Assembly (NCBI RefSeq): GCF_006345805.1
Contig: NC_043013.1
Span: 51,026,001 to 51,090,000, forward strand
Source: Octopus sinensis
Lineage: Eukaryota
DNA: 64,000 nt
Direction of reading: 5' to 3'
In this document: piece by piece, positions 50,284-63,925 of the stretch
Position numbering within the stretch: position 1 is the stretch's first letter
Layout of the letters: each line of letters opens with the position of its first letter
Notes under the pieces: generated by a model
Database searches by the model: none
Seen by the model: the letters and a program-made list of their open reading frames with translations, nothing else
What the model was told of the DNA's origin: nothing
Made by a program: the position numbers and the translations under genes

Positions 50284-50372
50284 GTAAGGATAAGCATATT
50301 AAAAGGGGTCCGTGGGAAAACTCATTTAAGTAAAAGGGTTGGAAACTACTATAAAAAGGTTAAGAACCACTG
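50192..50372. mobile_element. hAT (Charlie-like) MITE
   Basis: TIR CAGTGGTTCCCAACCT / AGGTTAAGAACCACTG; degenerate 8-bp TSD AAATAAAG/ATATAAGG. Confidence 0.8.
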
Positions 50373-50443
50373 ATATAAGGTAGAAATTTATAATTCTTCT
50401 GACTGAAGAACTCTCTGAATTAAAAACGACTTTCGTCCCTATT

Positions 50444-50474
<31 letters not shown>

Positions 50475-51984
50475 CATAAGCATGAATTCTATTTGAACAC
50501 CATTTCAAAACTATTCGTGATATGTAGACACTTTTAGAAGCATCTGTTGTGCAAGTGCGTCATACTGGCTTCAACACCTCTTAAAAATACATATGCATTC
50601 ACTTTATTTTCGTTTTTCTTAATCTTTTCCCTCGTTTGTTTTCACATTCCAGCTTCCTTTTTTTTGTATCCTGGCCCCACTCCATCATTTTTAGTGTATT
50701 CATATCTACTTCACCTGTACTTGATGATCAATCATTGTTATGTCTACAGTAGTTCTAATCCGACTTAATACATATCCTAAATTTTAATTTTAATTTTTTT
50801 ACTTTTCTCATTTTTACACTTTTTATCCTCACCTTCTGAGCTGTTGAAGAGAACATAACTCATCTATAACACTTAAGAGTTTTACATCATAAATAACCTA
50901 AGCAAGATCGCTTTATTATATTTCAAGTCGCCTTCAGCGTCTCTCAAACTCTACCACTCACAATCTGGCGACATTGCAGCCGCTTTGCTTACGTAAACCA
51001 CACTCCTGAAACGATTAAATCGAGATCGATAAAATAAGTACCAGTTGAACACTGGGGTCGATGTAATGAGTTACCCGCTGCCCCCAAAATTGCTGTCCTT
51101 GTGCCAAAATTTGAAATCAAGGGATTCAAGATTTCTTTGCTTTCTGCTTAAATGGTTCTCTTCCACAGATCGCTGTCTGTCTGTCTGTCTATCTGTGTCC
51201 GTCCGTCCGTCTGTCTGTCCGTGTGCTTATCCGAGTGTCCGTCTGTCTGTGTCTGTGTGTCTGTCTGTCTGTGTCTGTGTGTCTGTCTGTCTGTGTCTGT
51301 GTGTCTGTCTGTCTGTGTCTGTGTGTCTGTCTGTGCCTTTCTGTGCCTGTGTGTGTGTGTGTGTGTCTGTGTGTCTGTCTGTCTATCTCTGTCTCTCTCC
51401 GTATCTGTCTCTCTCTCTGTGTCTGTCTGTCTCTCTGTCTGTGTGTCTCTCCGTCTGTGTCTGTCTGTCTGTCTCTCCGTCTGTCTCTTTCAGTCTATCT
51501 TCTGAAACATTTGTTTCTATTTCTCACTCTCTCCTCTCCATTCTCTCATTAACCCTTTGCTTGTCTCTCTCTCTCTCTCCCCGTTCGTCCCTCTCCTCGT
51601 CCGCCTGCCTGCATGCATGCGTGCCTCTTTTCATTTGGCTTGCCATTTGTATTTCTTCTTTACTCGTTCATTCTTTCTCTAAATCTCTGTTGCTCTTTCT
51701 CGCTCTCTCACTCCCAATTCTCTCATTCTCCTTTTTACACAAAAAGTACGCGCGCGCGCGCGAGCGAGAGAGAGAGAAGGGAGAGAGAGAGAGAGAGAGC
51801 CATTCACAAAGAAGCAATGAAAGCTAAAAATTCCTTAAGACATTCCAATAACATTACCACGTGATCTCATCAATGACGGTAGCATTTAGTCTTCCGGAAC
51901 ATGAAAGAAGTTTTTTTTTATTTGAGCAAAGATACTGAAACGGGTTTTCTTCATTACGACAACAAGAGCTCTGTGACGGTGGCA

Positions 51985-52782
51985 ATCCTTTCTATTATAG
52001 GCACCAGTCCTGAAATTATGGGAGAGGGGGTTAGTCGATTACATCGACCCCATTGCGTAACTGGTACTTAATTTATCTACTCCGAAAGGATGAAAGATGA
52101 AGTTGACCTCGGTGTAATTTGAACACAGAACCACTAAGCATTTCGCCCGGCCTGCTAACGTTTCTGCCAGCTCGCTGCCTAAAATAATCTTTTCTACTCT
52201 AGGCACAAGGACCGAAATTTGGGGGAGGGGGGCAGTCTATTAAATCGATCCAGTACGCAACTGGTACTTAATTTATCGACCCTGAAAGGACGAAAGGCAG
52301 AATTTGAACTCAGAACGTAACGACAGACGAAATACCACTAAGCATTTCGCCCGGTGTGCTAACGTTTCCTATTTCTTCATTGCCCACAAGGGGATAAACA
52401 CAGAGGGGACAAACAAGGGCAGGCAAAGGGATTAAATCGATTACATCGACACCAGTGCGTAATTGGTATTTAATTTATCGACCCCGAAAGTATGAAAGGC
52501 AAAGTCGACCTCGGCAGAATTTGAACTCAGTACGTAACAGCAGACGAAATACCTATTTCTTTACTACCCACAAGGGGCTAGACACAGAGGGGACAAACAA
52601 GGACAGACAAACGGATTAAGTCGATTATATCGACCCCAGTGCATAATTGGTACTTATTTAATCGACCCTGAAAGGATGAAAGGCAAAGTTGACCTCGGCG
52701 GAATTTGAACTCAGAACGTAACGACAGACGAAATACCTCTAAGCATTTCGCCCGGCATACTAACGATTCCGCCAACTCGCCG
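51985..52782 (-). mobile_element. Tandem family A SINEs
   Basis: Reverse-complement copies at ~51985-52180 and ~52188-52782; the latter has repeated internal units. Confidence 0.88.
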
Positions 52783-52878
52783 CTTTCTGTGACGGTGACA
52801 ATGCCATGTCGAGAGCAACTGTAGACAGAGAAATCTCCTTAAAACCAGTGTCTTCTTATTGACCGTAATTATTAGATG

Positions 52879-53203
52879 AGTGAAGACACGTGGCTTAGTG
52901 GTTAGGGTATTTGGCTCACGATCGTAAAGTTGCAAGTTCGATTCCTGACAACGCATTGTGTCCTTCAACAAGGCACTTTATTTCACATTTCCTCAGTCCA
53001 CTCAGCCGGCAAAAATAAGTTGTGCCTGTATTTCAAAAGGGCCAGCCTTGTCATACTCTGTGTCATACTGAATCTCCCTGACAACTATGTTAATAATACA
53101 AGGGTCTGTGGAGTGCTCAGCCACTTGCACGTTAATTTCCCCAGCAGGCTGTTCCGTTGATTGGATCAACTGGAAACATCGTCGTCGTAAGTGACGGAGT
53201 ACC
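52879..53203 (+). mobile_element. SINE family C
   Basis: GTGGCTTAGTGGTTAGGG..AAGTTCGATTCC..TTGTGTCCTTCAACAAGGCACTT. Confidence 0.85.
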
Positions 53204-54156
53204 ATTTAGTTATTTCGGCTTCACCAGCATCACCACTACTACCAGTGTCTTTCTCTTTCCCTCCTTCCAGCGTCTTACTTCCTACCCGATTCATTTCTTC
53301 CTTCCACTTCTCCATTCGTCTTTTTCTTCCAGTCGTTTCTTAAGCAAAATAATTCTTTAGACCGACCGATCGACCTTCCTTCCTCCCTTCCTTCTTCATA
53401 TTTTAAAATTCTGTTTCCCTCTTATATGATATTTCAATAATGATTTACGTCTGTATCTGCTAACAACGTTTGACATTTGGCAATCACGGCGCTTTGGCTC
53501 TATCTGAAAAATTTCTCATCTTATTATTTTATGAAGATTGTGTCAGGCTAGCACCACCACCACCACCATTACCACCTCAATCCCTCCTCAGCTCCACTCT
53601 CTCTAGCCAGAATCACAAGTGACCAAAAATAAACTTTTAACGAAAATGAAATGAAGGAACTTTCGGAATTATTGACCCGCACAGAGGCATATGCCGCACA
53701 AGCTCGAATTGAAACCGTATCACAGACTTGCTATTCTCTTGATGCATATGAAATGATAACTGCTGTAGTTTGTAGTCAGCTTCGATCGATTAAACCTATA
53801 ACCAAAAGCTTTCTCACCATGACCATCTCATTCACAGGATGTCTGAAATAAGTTATCGTTTAATCTCTCTCTCTCTCTCTCTCTTCGCGTGCCAGGCGTC
53901 GGAATAAAATGGATGATGGGCCTTCATGCCCAAAATCTAAAGGTTATAAGTTTTCTTGAGAAAGACACAGCAATGATTTTCCGTTGCCTTCTGTCACTTT
54001 GTTTTACTGCTTGCTTTGTTTCTCGCTCTCTCAAACTTATCCTCGAGGTACAGTGTCTATTTAACGTTTCGGCTACGGTCAGCGGTCCACATAATATCAG
54101 GGCTTGTCTGACGTGTCTGGGAACCAGTCGTCCTCCATGTCCAGTCGTCTTTAGTC

Positions 54157-54782
54157 CAGCGCTGGATCAACCATTAAGCAGAATAAGCACGTGCTTAGAG
54201 CATCAAGGGAAGGAAGGAGCACCAGAGAAATAGTAAATGGTTTACGGTACAAAAGAAATCCGTTTAAACTTGCTAAAATAATATTCAAAGTGATTTATAT
54301 GAGCGAAAATCTAATTTCGAAGTGTTCATGGTGTCATGGTGAGGATCTGATCAAAGACTGCAATTAAAATAGGAGAAAACTTTTCATAGTGAAAAAAAAA
54401 AAAAAAAAACTCAAAAAAACCACTTCCCACTTTTCTGTTGGTCTCGTTTCATTTTTGAAAATCGAATTTTATTTTATGGTTTATTATTGTTTATATTTTG
54501 AATTACACACACACACACACACATATAGTGAGAATTTACAAAAAGAAACAAAAGACGAAGATGGGTGTGTAAACCACAAACAAATGTATTAGTTTAACGC
54601 TCGGGAAGTGAGAAAGTCTTTTACGTTTCGAGCCTACGCTCTTCGGCAGAAAGGAACACAGAAATAAACAGGGAGAGAAAATAGAAACAGGTTTAGTGGC
54701 TTGCGATCTATCATATATATATATATGGGGTACCAAAATCTTTTAAATGGTCAGGGCCTCAATCGGTCTTAATCCAGCCCTG
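54157..54782. mobile_element. hAT MITE with a nested hammerhead-bearing fragment
   Basis: TIR CAGCGCTGGATCAA / TTAATCCAGCCCTG; 8-bp TSD CTTTAGTC/CTTTAGCC. Confidence 0.85.
54618..54653 (-). ncRNA. Minimal hammerhead variant (A6C), zero-loop stem III
   Basis: Minus strand CTTT-CTGCCGA-A-GAGC-GTAG-GCTC-GAAA-CG-TA-AAAG. Confidence 0.65.
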
Positions 54783-55534
54783 CTTTAGCCACAGAACCAA
54801 ATTATTGCTACTCTCGATATGCAAAACCTCTGAGCCTGAGCGATCTTGGCAGTAGTATTGACCAAGGACCATCTACATACTCTCCAAAACTCCCGAACGC
54901 CCACGCTGGAGCTTCGCTATCGGACATCCTCGTCACAATTTAATGCAACAATAGACTTTTTACAAGGTTAGCTAAATTCATAATTGGAGACGGAAAGGTT
55001 TTACTATTTAAACCTGCGCGATCCTTGGATATATTTGATCTCCGACCGTCATCGCGTGCTTTACAATTTGTTATACACGAGGCGGCGCGTTATCAGTAAA
55101 GACGTCGAGTCGGCAGAATCGTCAGCACGCTGGTCGAAGTATTTAGTGGAATTTCATCTAGATTTACGTTCTGGGTTCAAATTCTGCGAGGGTAAACTTC
55201 AACTTTCATCCTTTCGGGGTCGATAAAATAAGTACCAGTTCAACACTGGGATCTATGCAATCGATTAGCTCCCTCAATCGCAATTTCTGGTCCCGTGCCA
55301 ATAAAATAAATGATTATCAGTTATATACACAGGACCGAACCAGATTCGAACTTGACACCTTTGTTGTAAACTAAAGATAGTGACTGTCTTCCTGATATAG
55401 CATGGCTGCAGGGTTAAGAAGTTCGCTGCGTAACCACAAGGTTTCGGGTTCCATCCCACTGTACCGTAACTATTGTAGGAGATACTACAGCATCTTTTTT
55501 TAGAGATGCTTTGGTTTCAAATGCCGCCAGGGTT

Positions 55535-55890
55535 AATTGGTGTTTAATTTATCGACCCCCAAAAGGCTGAAAGGCAAAGTCGACCGCGACGGAATTTGAA
55601 CTCAGAACGTAAAGACGAACGAAATTCCACTAGGCATTTTGCCCGTCGTACTAACGATTCTTATTTCTTTACTACCCACAAAGGGCTAAAAACAGAGGGA
55701 ACAAACAAGGACAGACAATCGGATTAAGTCGATTGCATCGACCTCAGTGCGTAACTGGTACTTAATTTATCGACCCCAAAAGGATGAAAGGCAAAGTCGA
55801 CCTCGGCGGAACTTGAACTCAGAACGTAACGGCAGACGAAATACCGCTAAGCATTTTGCCCGTCGGGCTAACGATTCTGCCATCTCGCCG
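55535..55890 (-). mobile_element. SINE family A (two units)
   Basis: Reverse complement of the consensus. Confidence 0.85.
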
Positions 55891-56329
55891 CATTCTCTGG
55901 TATACGACAAATATTGAGAAAACATATTTTCCCATTCATTCACCAAACTATGTAAAAAACCAAAAAAATCTATGGAACCAAGGGAGTAAAAAAAAGCTGC
56001 AAAATATTAAACGAGACTTCATCACTAACATTTCACATGGTGACATTGCGTTACCATAAATCTCCAGAGTCTTTGAAGGTGTGTGTGTGGGGGGGGGGAT
56101 ATTTTTGTCTCCTGTTTACTAACGTAAGCAGGGGATTAATATCTGCTATCAACATTGCATTTGAGGCAATACACGCCCAGATCAGTGTATTATGGCTAGC
56201 CGATATACGATAGAGTTTCTTGCGAAATGCACTTTGCTTTCGTTATAGCATCACCTGATTTCTATCGGAGACATGAACACACACACACATATATATAAGC
56301 ATATATAGATGCATGGGTGTGTGTGCGTG

Positions 56330-56624
56330 TATATATATATATATTCACATGTGCACACATATATAATCGTGTACATACATGCATATGTATGCAATACATA
56401 CGCATACATATACACATTCACATGCATATATATATACATATATATATATGTATATATATATACATACATATATATTATGTGTATATATATACATACATAT
56501 ATATATGTGTATATATATACATACATATATATATATGTGTATATATATACATACATATATATATATGTATATATATACATACATATATATATGTATAATA
56601 TATACATATATATATATGTATATA

Positions 56625-56655
<31 letters not shown>

Positions 56656-56657
56656 CA

Positions 56658-56707
<50 letters not shown>

Positions 56708-57250
56708 ATATATATACATACATATATATATGTGTGTATATATATATACATACATATATATATGTGTGTATATATATATACATACATATATATATATATG
56801 TGTGTGTATATATATACACATATATATATATGTATGTATATACATACATATATATATATGTATATACATACATATATATATGTATATACATACATATATA
56901 TATGTATATACCTACATACATATATATATGTATATACATACATATATATATACCGGAGTAAACACATAAATGTGAAACAAGGTGGAAAAAAGAGTACTCA
57001 AATACCAGTGGTAGAGTAATATGCATTATAATACATATATATATATGTATATATATATACATACATATATATATATGTATATATATACATACATATATGT
57101 ATATATATATATAAATACATATATGTATATATATATAAATACATATATATCTATATACATTTATGCATACATATAAATATATGTATATACATACATATAT
57201 GTATATATATGCATACATATACATACATACATATATATATATACGTCTCC
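56330..57250. repeat. (TA/CA/TG)n compound microsatellite with a ~70-bp insert at 56952-57025
   Basis: Direct inspection. Confidence 0.9.
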
Positions 57251-57424
57251 ACAAATATACACGTATATGCTTATTCTCAAGCATATGTGCTTGTGTATAA
57301 ATATATACAAACCCACATACGTGCATATATACACCCATATGCATGTTAAACACGGCATGCATACAATATGCATACGTACATACACATGCATAGAACTACA
57401 TGCATACACATATACTCATAGCCA

Positions 57425-57658
57425 CCTATTTCTTTACTGCCCACAAGGGGCTAAACACAGAGGGGACAAACAAGGACAGAGAAACGGATTAAGTCGATTA
57501 CATTGACCCCAGTGCGTAAATGGTACTTATTTAATCAATCCCGAAAGGATGAAAGGCAAAGTCGACCTCGGCGGAATTTGAACTCAGAACCTAACGGCAG
57601 ACGAAATACTGCTAGGCATTTCGCCCGGCGTGCTAACGATTGTGCCAGCTCGCCGCCT
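57425..57658 (-). mobile_element. SINE family A
   Basis: Reverse complement of the consensus. Confidence 0.85.
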
Positions 57659-57691
57659 TATTACTCATAGCAACCTGCTTACATATATGCA

Positions 57692-57788
<97 letters not shown>

Positions 57789-58456
57789 GTCTATCAATCT
57801 GTTTATCTGTCTATCTGTCTATCAATCTGTCTATCTATCAATCTGTCTATCTATCAATCTGTCTGTCTATCAATCTGTCTGTCTATCAATCTGTCTATCT
57901 ATCAATCTGTCTATCTATCAATCTGTCTATCTATCAATCTGTCTGTCTATCTGTCTATTAATCTGTCTGTCTATCGACCTACATATCCTTACGCAAGTGC
58001 GCGCACACACACATACACACGCACACACACATACACACGCACACACACAAGTACACATACGTGTGTGTATGTGTGTGTGTATACAAAAGAGTGCATAAAC
58101 CTAGTGGTTAGGGTGCAACGCTCTCGATCGCGGTTTCAATTGCCAGGCCGGGTGGTGCGTTGTATTCTTAAGCAAAACACTTCATCTAACATCGCTCTGC
58201 GATCATTGTAACACCTGACGCGCGGCACACAGTGCACCTGTTCAGGTGACATCAATTTGATGGAGAGAATGAGCTAGTGCACAGCATGTACCTTTGATCT
58301 CTGTAAACAAATCATTCGTGGGGGTCGTTCGCTGTGCATGGCATTTGAATTCAAAACTTGATTGTGTAGATAGAGGTGAAGACATCTCTATTGCCGGCAG
58401 GGATTCCTGCTAGCCCCAAGGTAAAGTCTTGTTTTGATTGCTATCTATAGGAATAT

Positions 58457-58518
58457 TTCCCCTGATGAGGCGAATGGGTCCCTCAAGTGGTCCTTAACGC
58501 CGAAATTGCAATAGGGAA
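58457..58518 (+). ncRNA. Intact type-I hammerhead ribozyme
   Basis: TTCCC-CTGATGA-GGCG-(25 nt)-CGCC-GAAA-TTGCAA-TA-GGGAA: canonical core, perfect stems I and II, palindromic ATTGCAAT stem III, predicted AUA cleavage after 58513. Confidence 0.85.
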
Positions 58519-58826
58519 TTAACCAATTATTTTCAAGTTGTGGATTCTATTTGTCATGTCGCCCGAAGACAGTTTTTATCGCGAAGAGAAATAATAGGAG
58601 TGATATAATGGCCTTAAAGCGGTTTTGGCTGCTATTTTTAACATGTAAGGTTTTTTTTTACTCTCTTAGTCTTAATTGTGACTTGCTCATTATTATAAAC
58701 GTTTTTTCTTCTTTATATTTAATGATAACATGTTTGGCCATTGATATATTCCTAAATAATCTTATTTACATATCCTTCGTAAAGTTTTTACGTTACTCTC
58801 TACGTGTGTGTGTGTGTGTGTATATG

Positions 58827-58858
<32 letters not shown>

Positions 58859-58864
<6 letters not shown>

Positions 58865-59060
58865 GTCCCAGAAGTCGCGCACCACCCTGGTTTTTTAAAA
58901 GAATACACCCTTATTGATTTCAAAAACACTTTGAAATTAATCGTAACAAATGCTCAAATTGGGCACCCTCTACAATAAAACATGCAGAAAAAAATATAAT
59001 AAAATGCTTTAATTATTTTAAATGAAAACCAGAATGCTGCGCGACTTCTGGGACACCCGG
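58859..59060. mobile_element. Tc1/mariner MITE in (TA)n
   Basis: TIR GGGTGTCCCAGAAGTCGCGCA..CTGGTTTT / AAAACCAG..TGCGCGACTTCTGGGACACCC with TA flanks. Confidence 0.88.
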
Positions 59061-59131
59061 TATATATATATGTGTGTGTGTGTGTGTGCGCGCGTGTACA
59101 TATATATATATATATACATATATACACACAC

Positions 59132-59227
<96 letters not shown>

Positions 59228-59284
59228 TAATAGAATGACAAAAATTCCAAGGCTGTGAATAGCTTTCAGAGCATTTATAAAGAG

Positions 59285-59332
59285 GCCTTACAGCTGTTTC
59301 CGGGATATTTTGTATATCCCTTCATCAGAGAC
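59285..59332 (-). ncRNA. Type-I hammerhead ribozyme (copy 1 of a direct-repeat pair)
   Basis: Minus strand GTCT-CTGATGA-A-GGGATAT-ACAAA-ATATCCC-G-GAAA-CAGCTG-TA-AGGC. Confidence 0.8.
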
Positions 59333-59648
59333 GGTGCGAGAAAATGTTAAAGTAATAGTTATTCTAGAGAAGTTATGAAATACAGAGTGAAATGGAGGAA
59401 TGAAAACAGACGTGAGATACGTAAGGATATTGTATCTGCAGTTCCATTATTTAAGCAGAAGAGTGTATATATGTTTCCTGTGCCTGTGTGTGGGTTCCAA
59501 TGCTGTACACACACACACACACATGCTTATATACCCACATGCCTGCATATATACACCCATGTGCATGCCATTGACGGCCTGCATACAATATACATACGTA
59601 CATACACATGCGTATTCATGTACTCAGTCACCTGATTACATATATGCA

Positions 59649-59739
<91 letters not shown>

Positions 59740-59807
59740 GTATCTATCTACCTATCTATGTATCTATCTACCTATCTATCTATAGTTTTAAGAACATTTA
59801 TAAAGAG

Positions 59808-59855
59808 GTCTTACAGCTGTTTCCGGAATATTTTATATATCCCTTCATCAGAGAC
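59808..59855 (-). ncRNA. Type-I hammerhead ribozyme (copy 2)
   Basis: Minus strand GTCT-CTGATGA-A-GGGATAT-ATAAA-ATATTCC-G-GAAA-CAGCTG-TA-AGAC. Confidence 0.8.
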
Positions 59856-60035
59856 GTTCAAGCATATACATATATTATTACACTTGCAAATCCACCCCCC
59901 CACACACACATCCATATTATTTAATACTGTCTGAGTAGTAACATTATATCGTGCATTTTAAAGTTTCTCCTTGGTTATGGACTACCAGTGCTATCAAAGC
60001 CACTCACCTGCTGATGTGGTCGGCATACATCATAT

Positions 60036-60445
60036 TCTCTCTTTTACTCATTTACTCTTTTACTTGTTTCAGTCATTTCACTGCGGCCATGCTGGAGCAC
60101 CACCTTTAGTCGAGCAAATCGACCCCGGGACTTATTCTTTGTAAGCCCAGTACTTATGCTATCGGTCTCTTTTGCCGAACCGCTAAGTGACGGGGACATA
60201 AACACACCAGCATCGGTTGTCAAGCAATGCTAGGGAGACAAACACAGACACATACACACATATATATATGTATATATACATATATACGACAGGCTTCTTT
60301 CAGTTTCCGTCTACCAAATCCACTCACAAAGCATTGGTCGGCCCGGTGCTATAGCAGAAGGCACTTGCCCAAGGTGCCACGCAGTGGGACTGAGCCCGGA
60401 ACCATGTGGTTGGTTAGCAAGCTACTTACCACACAGCCACTCCTG
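60036..60445 (-). mobile_element. Full-length SINE family B
   Basis: Reverse complement of the consensus. Confidence 0.9.
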
Positions 60446-61013
60446 CGGAAAATCTAGCAACAGACTGCTGTTACCATTGCACAGAAACAATTGTTGCGAT
60501 GTGTGATTAAAACCTGTTGATTCAATTTCCATGCTTTTAAATTTCCATATATGTACACGCTACTTATGTAAGATATCTATCGATACACATCAGCTTATAC
60601 AAACATAAATATACATATATAGACATGTATATATACACGCACAACCATTATGTAGTATACATTTACATAATATATTAACTGACACCCATTGCTGCTTAGT
60701 CTAAAAACCTATATAATATTGTCACGCAGAGAACTGACGGCAGATATTAATTTTTACTAATGAAATTTAGAATGGGAAAGAAAAGATATACAAACAAAAT
60801 AACAATCGAAACGATATTAACGTTGAAAAAAATTTCCATTTCGACCTAGAAACTAAGATATTGATGGAAGGAGATATCACTGTTAGTTATGTGATACTCT
60901 GTCAGGAATATTGGTCAATGAGCTCAGTGCCCAGTACACGAGTACTGAGTAGTGAAGCTTCGGCGGAAGAGGCGCTGAGTTTTAGTTTAAATTCGCAATA
61001 CATGGCATGATGG

Positions 61014-61470
61014 GTGTGTGTGTGTGTATGCGTTTGTGTGTGTATGCGTTTGTGTTTTATGTGTGTGTGTGTGTTTATGTGTGTGTGTGTGTGTTTATGT
61101 GTGTGTGTGTGTGTGTTTATGTGTGTGTGTGTTTATGTGTGTGTGTGTTTATGTGTGTATGTATGTTTATGTGTGTATGTATGTTTATGTGTGTGTTTGT
61201 ATGTGTGTGTGTGTTTATGTGTGCGTGTGTTTATATGTGCGTGTATGTGTTTGTATGTGTGTGTGTTTGTGCGTGTGTATGCGGGTGTGTGTATGCGTGT
61301 GTGTGTGTTTGTATGTGTGTATGTGTGTGCGTGTGTTTGCATGTTTGTGCGTGTGTTTGAATGCGTGTGTGTTTACATGCGTGTGTGTGTTTTTGTATGC
61401 GTGTGTGTGTTTTTGTATGCGTGTGCGTGTTTTTGTATGCGTGTGCGTGTGTGTTTGTATGTGCGTGTGT
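61014..61470. repeat. Degenerate (GT)n/(GTGTTTAT)n array
   Basis: Direct inspection. Confidence 0.9.
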
Positions 61471-62545
61471 AGGTGCATGACTTGCCCAAGGTGCCACGCA
61501 GTGGGACTGAACCCGGAACCATGTGGTTGGTAAGCAAGCTACTTACCACACAGCCACTCCTGCGCCTGGGTTATGTGTAGGTGCATACGTTTTTAAAACT
61601 ACTCGTTTTATATATTTATAGGACACATGTTTTAAATATACTTATAGACGTAGTTGAAGGACCAATTATAGTAAAACACAGAAGCATTTTATTTATTGGG
61701 TCAACATTTTTGGATTAACCAAAATACAGTCTTAAAGATATTCACACCCATTTTCATGACCACAAAGGTCACACTTGCCGGATATATTCTAAGTGTTCCT
61801 ATTCCAGTTACAAAGTAGTGTTTAGTACAACTATATTTATTTTCTTTTACGTACGAATAATTCTTATTTGACAGCGTTAACTGTTGTCGACTAACTTAGA
61901 TTTAGTAAAAATCAAAGGAACAGTAGGTGGCCCAAGCAGTCGTTAGTTCGTAATGTTTGCTCTCTCCGTTGGAATCTACCATGATATATAACCGGCTACA
62001 GTTGTATAATATTCACAGTTTCTTTGGAGCGAAACGAGGGCATTACGCACCAGGTCAAATACGGCTTGATGCAACTTTAAAAATGGCGAATTGGCAGAGC
62101 CTGTTATATCATCAAATAAAACCCCCGGCTCAGTATTCGTTTGGAGGTCTTTGCGCTCTGAGTTCAAATCGGATCAGAAACTGATATATATTATTTTTGC
62201 TTTTAAATTATCCTTTTGGGGTTCATCAGTAAATTAAGAGTGCAGTACCAGGATCGATTCTGAGAATAACAAGTTGGACATATTTTGCGATAATGAAAAA
62301 AAAACAAAAACACATACATACTCATGTATGCCGTCCGTCGCGAAATGTCGAACTCACTGTCAACATGTTCGTCGTAAAAAATATTACTCTTGTTTTATAA
62401 ACTGATCTTTCAGTGAATATTCGAATGTGATTATGATTACATTAAACAACACACATGAATAATGATAAGAAAAGAGAAGTGGATTAGGGGACAAATGGGT
62501 TTGCATTTCTGTGGTGTGCGTGTGTGTGTATATATATATATATAT

Positions 62546-63544
<999 letters not shown>

Positions 63545-63545
<1 letters not shown>

Positions 63546-63925
63546 ACGACGAGATTCTTTCGGTCTCCGCCTACCAATTCCACTCACAAGGCTTTGGTCG
63601 GCCCGAGGCTATAGAAGAAACTTGTTCAAGGAGCCACGCAGTGGGACTAAACCATGCGATTGGGAAGTAAGCTTCTTATCACACAGCCACTGTGTATGTG
63701 TTTGTCACTTCTACCTCTTGACTACCAGCATTAGTTTGGTTACGTTCTCGTAACTTAGCGGTTCGGCAAAAAAGAGCGATATAATAACGACAAAACTGAA
63801 AAGAAAAATACGCAAAGAAAAAACTATTAAGAAATATGTGCAGGGAGCAATTTGAAACGACTAAAATGTTTCAAGGCCATAGCTCAGCATAGCCACAGTA
63901 CAATGATTGAAACAAGTAGAAAAAG
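63545..63925. mobile_element. SINE family B fragments: head on the minus strand (63545-63690), 3' part on the plus strand (63720-63925)
   Basis: Consensus matches in opposite orientations. Confidence 0.7.
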
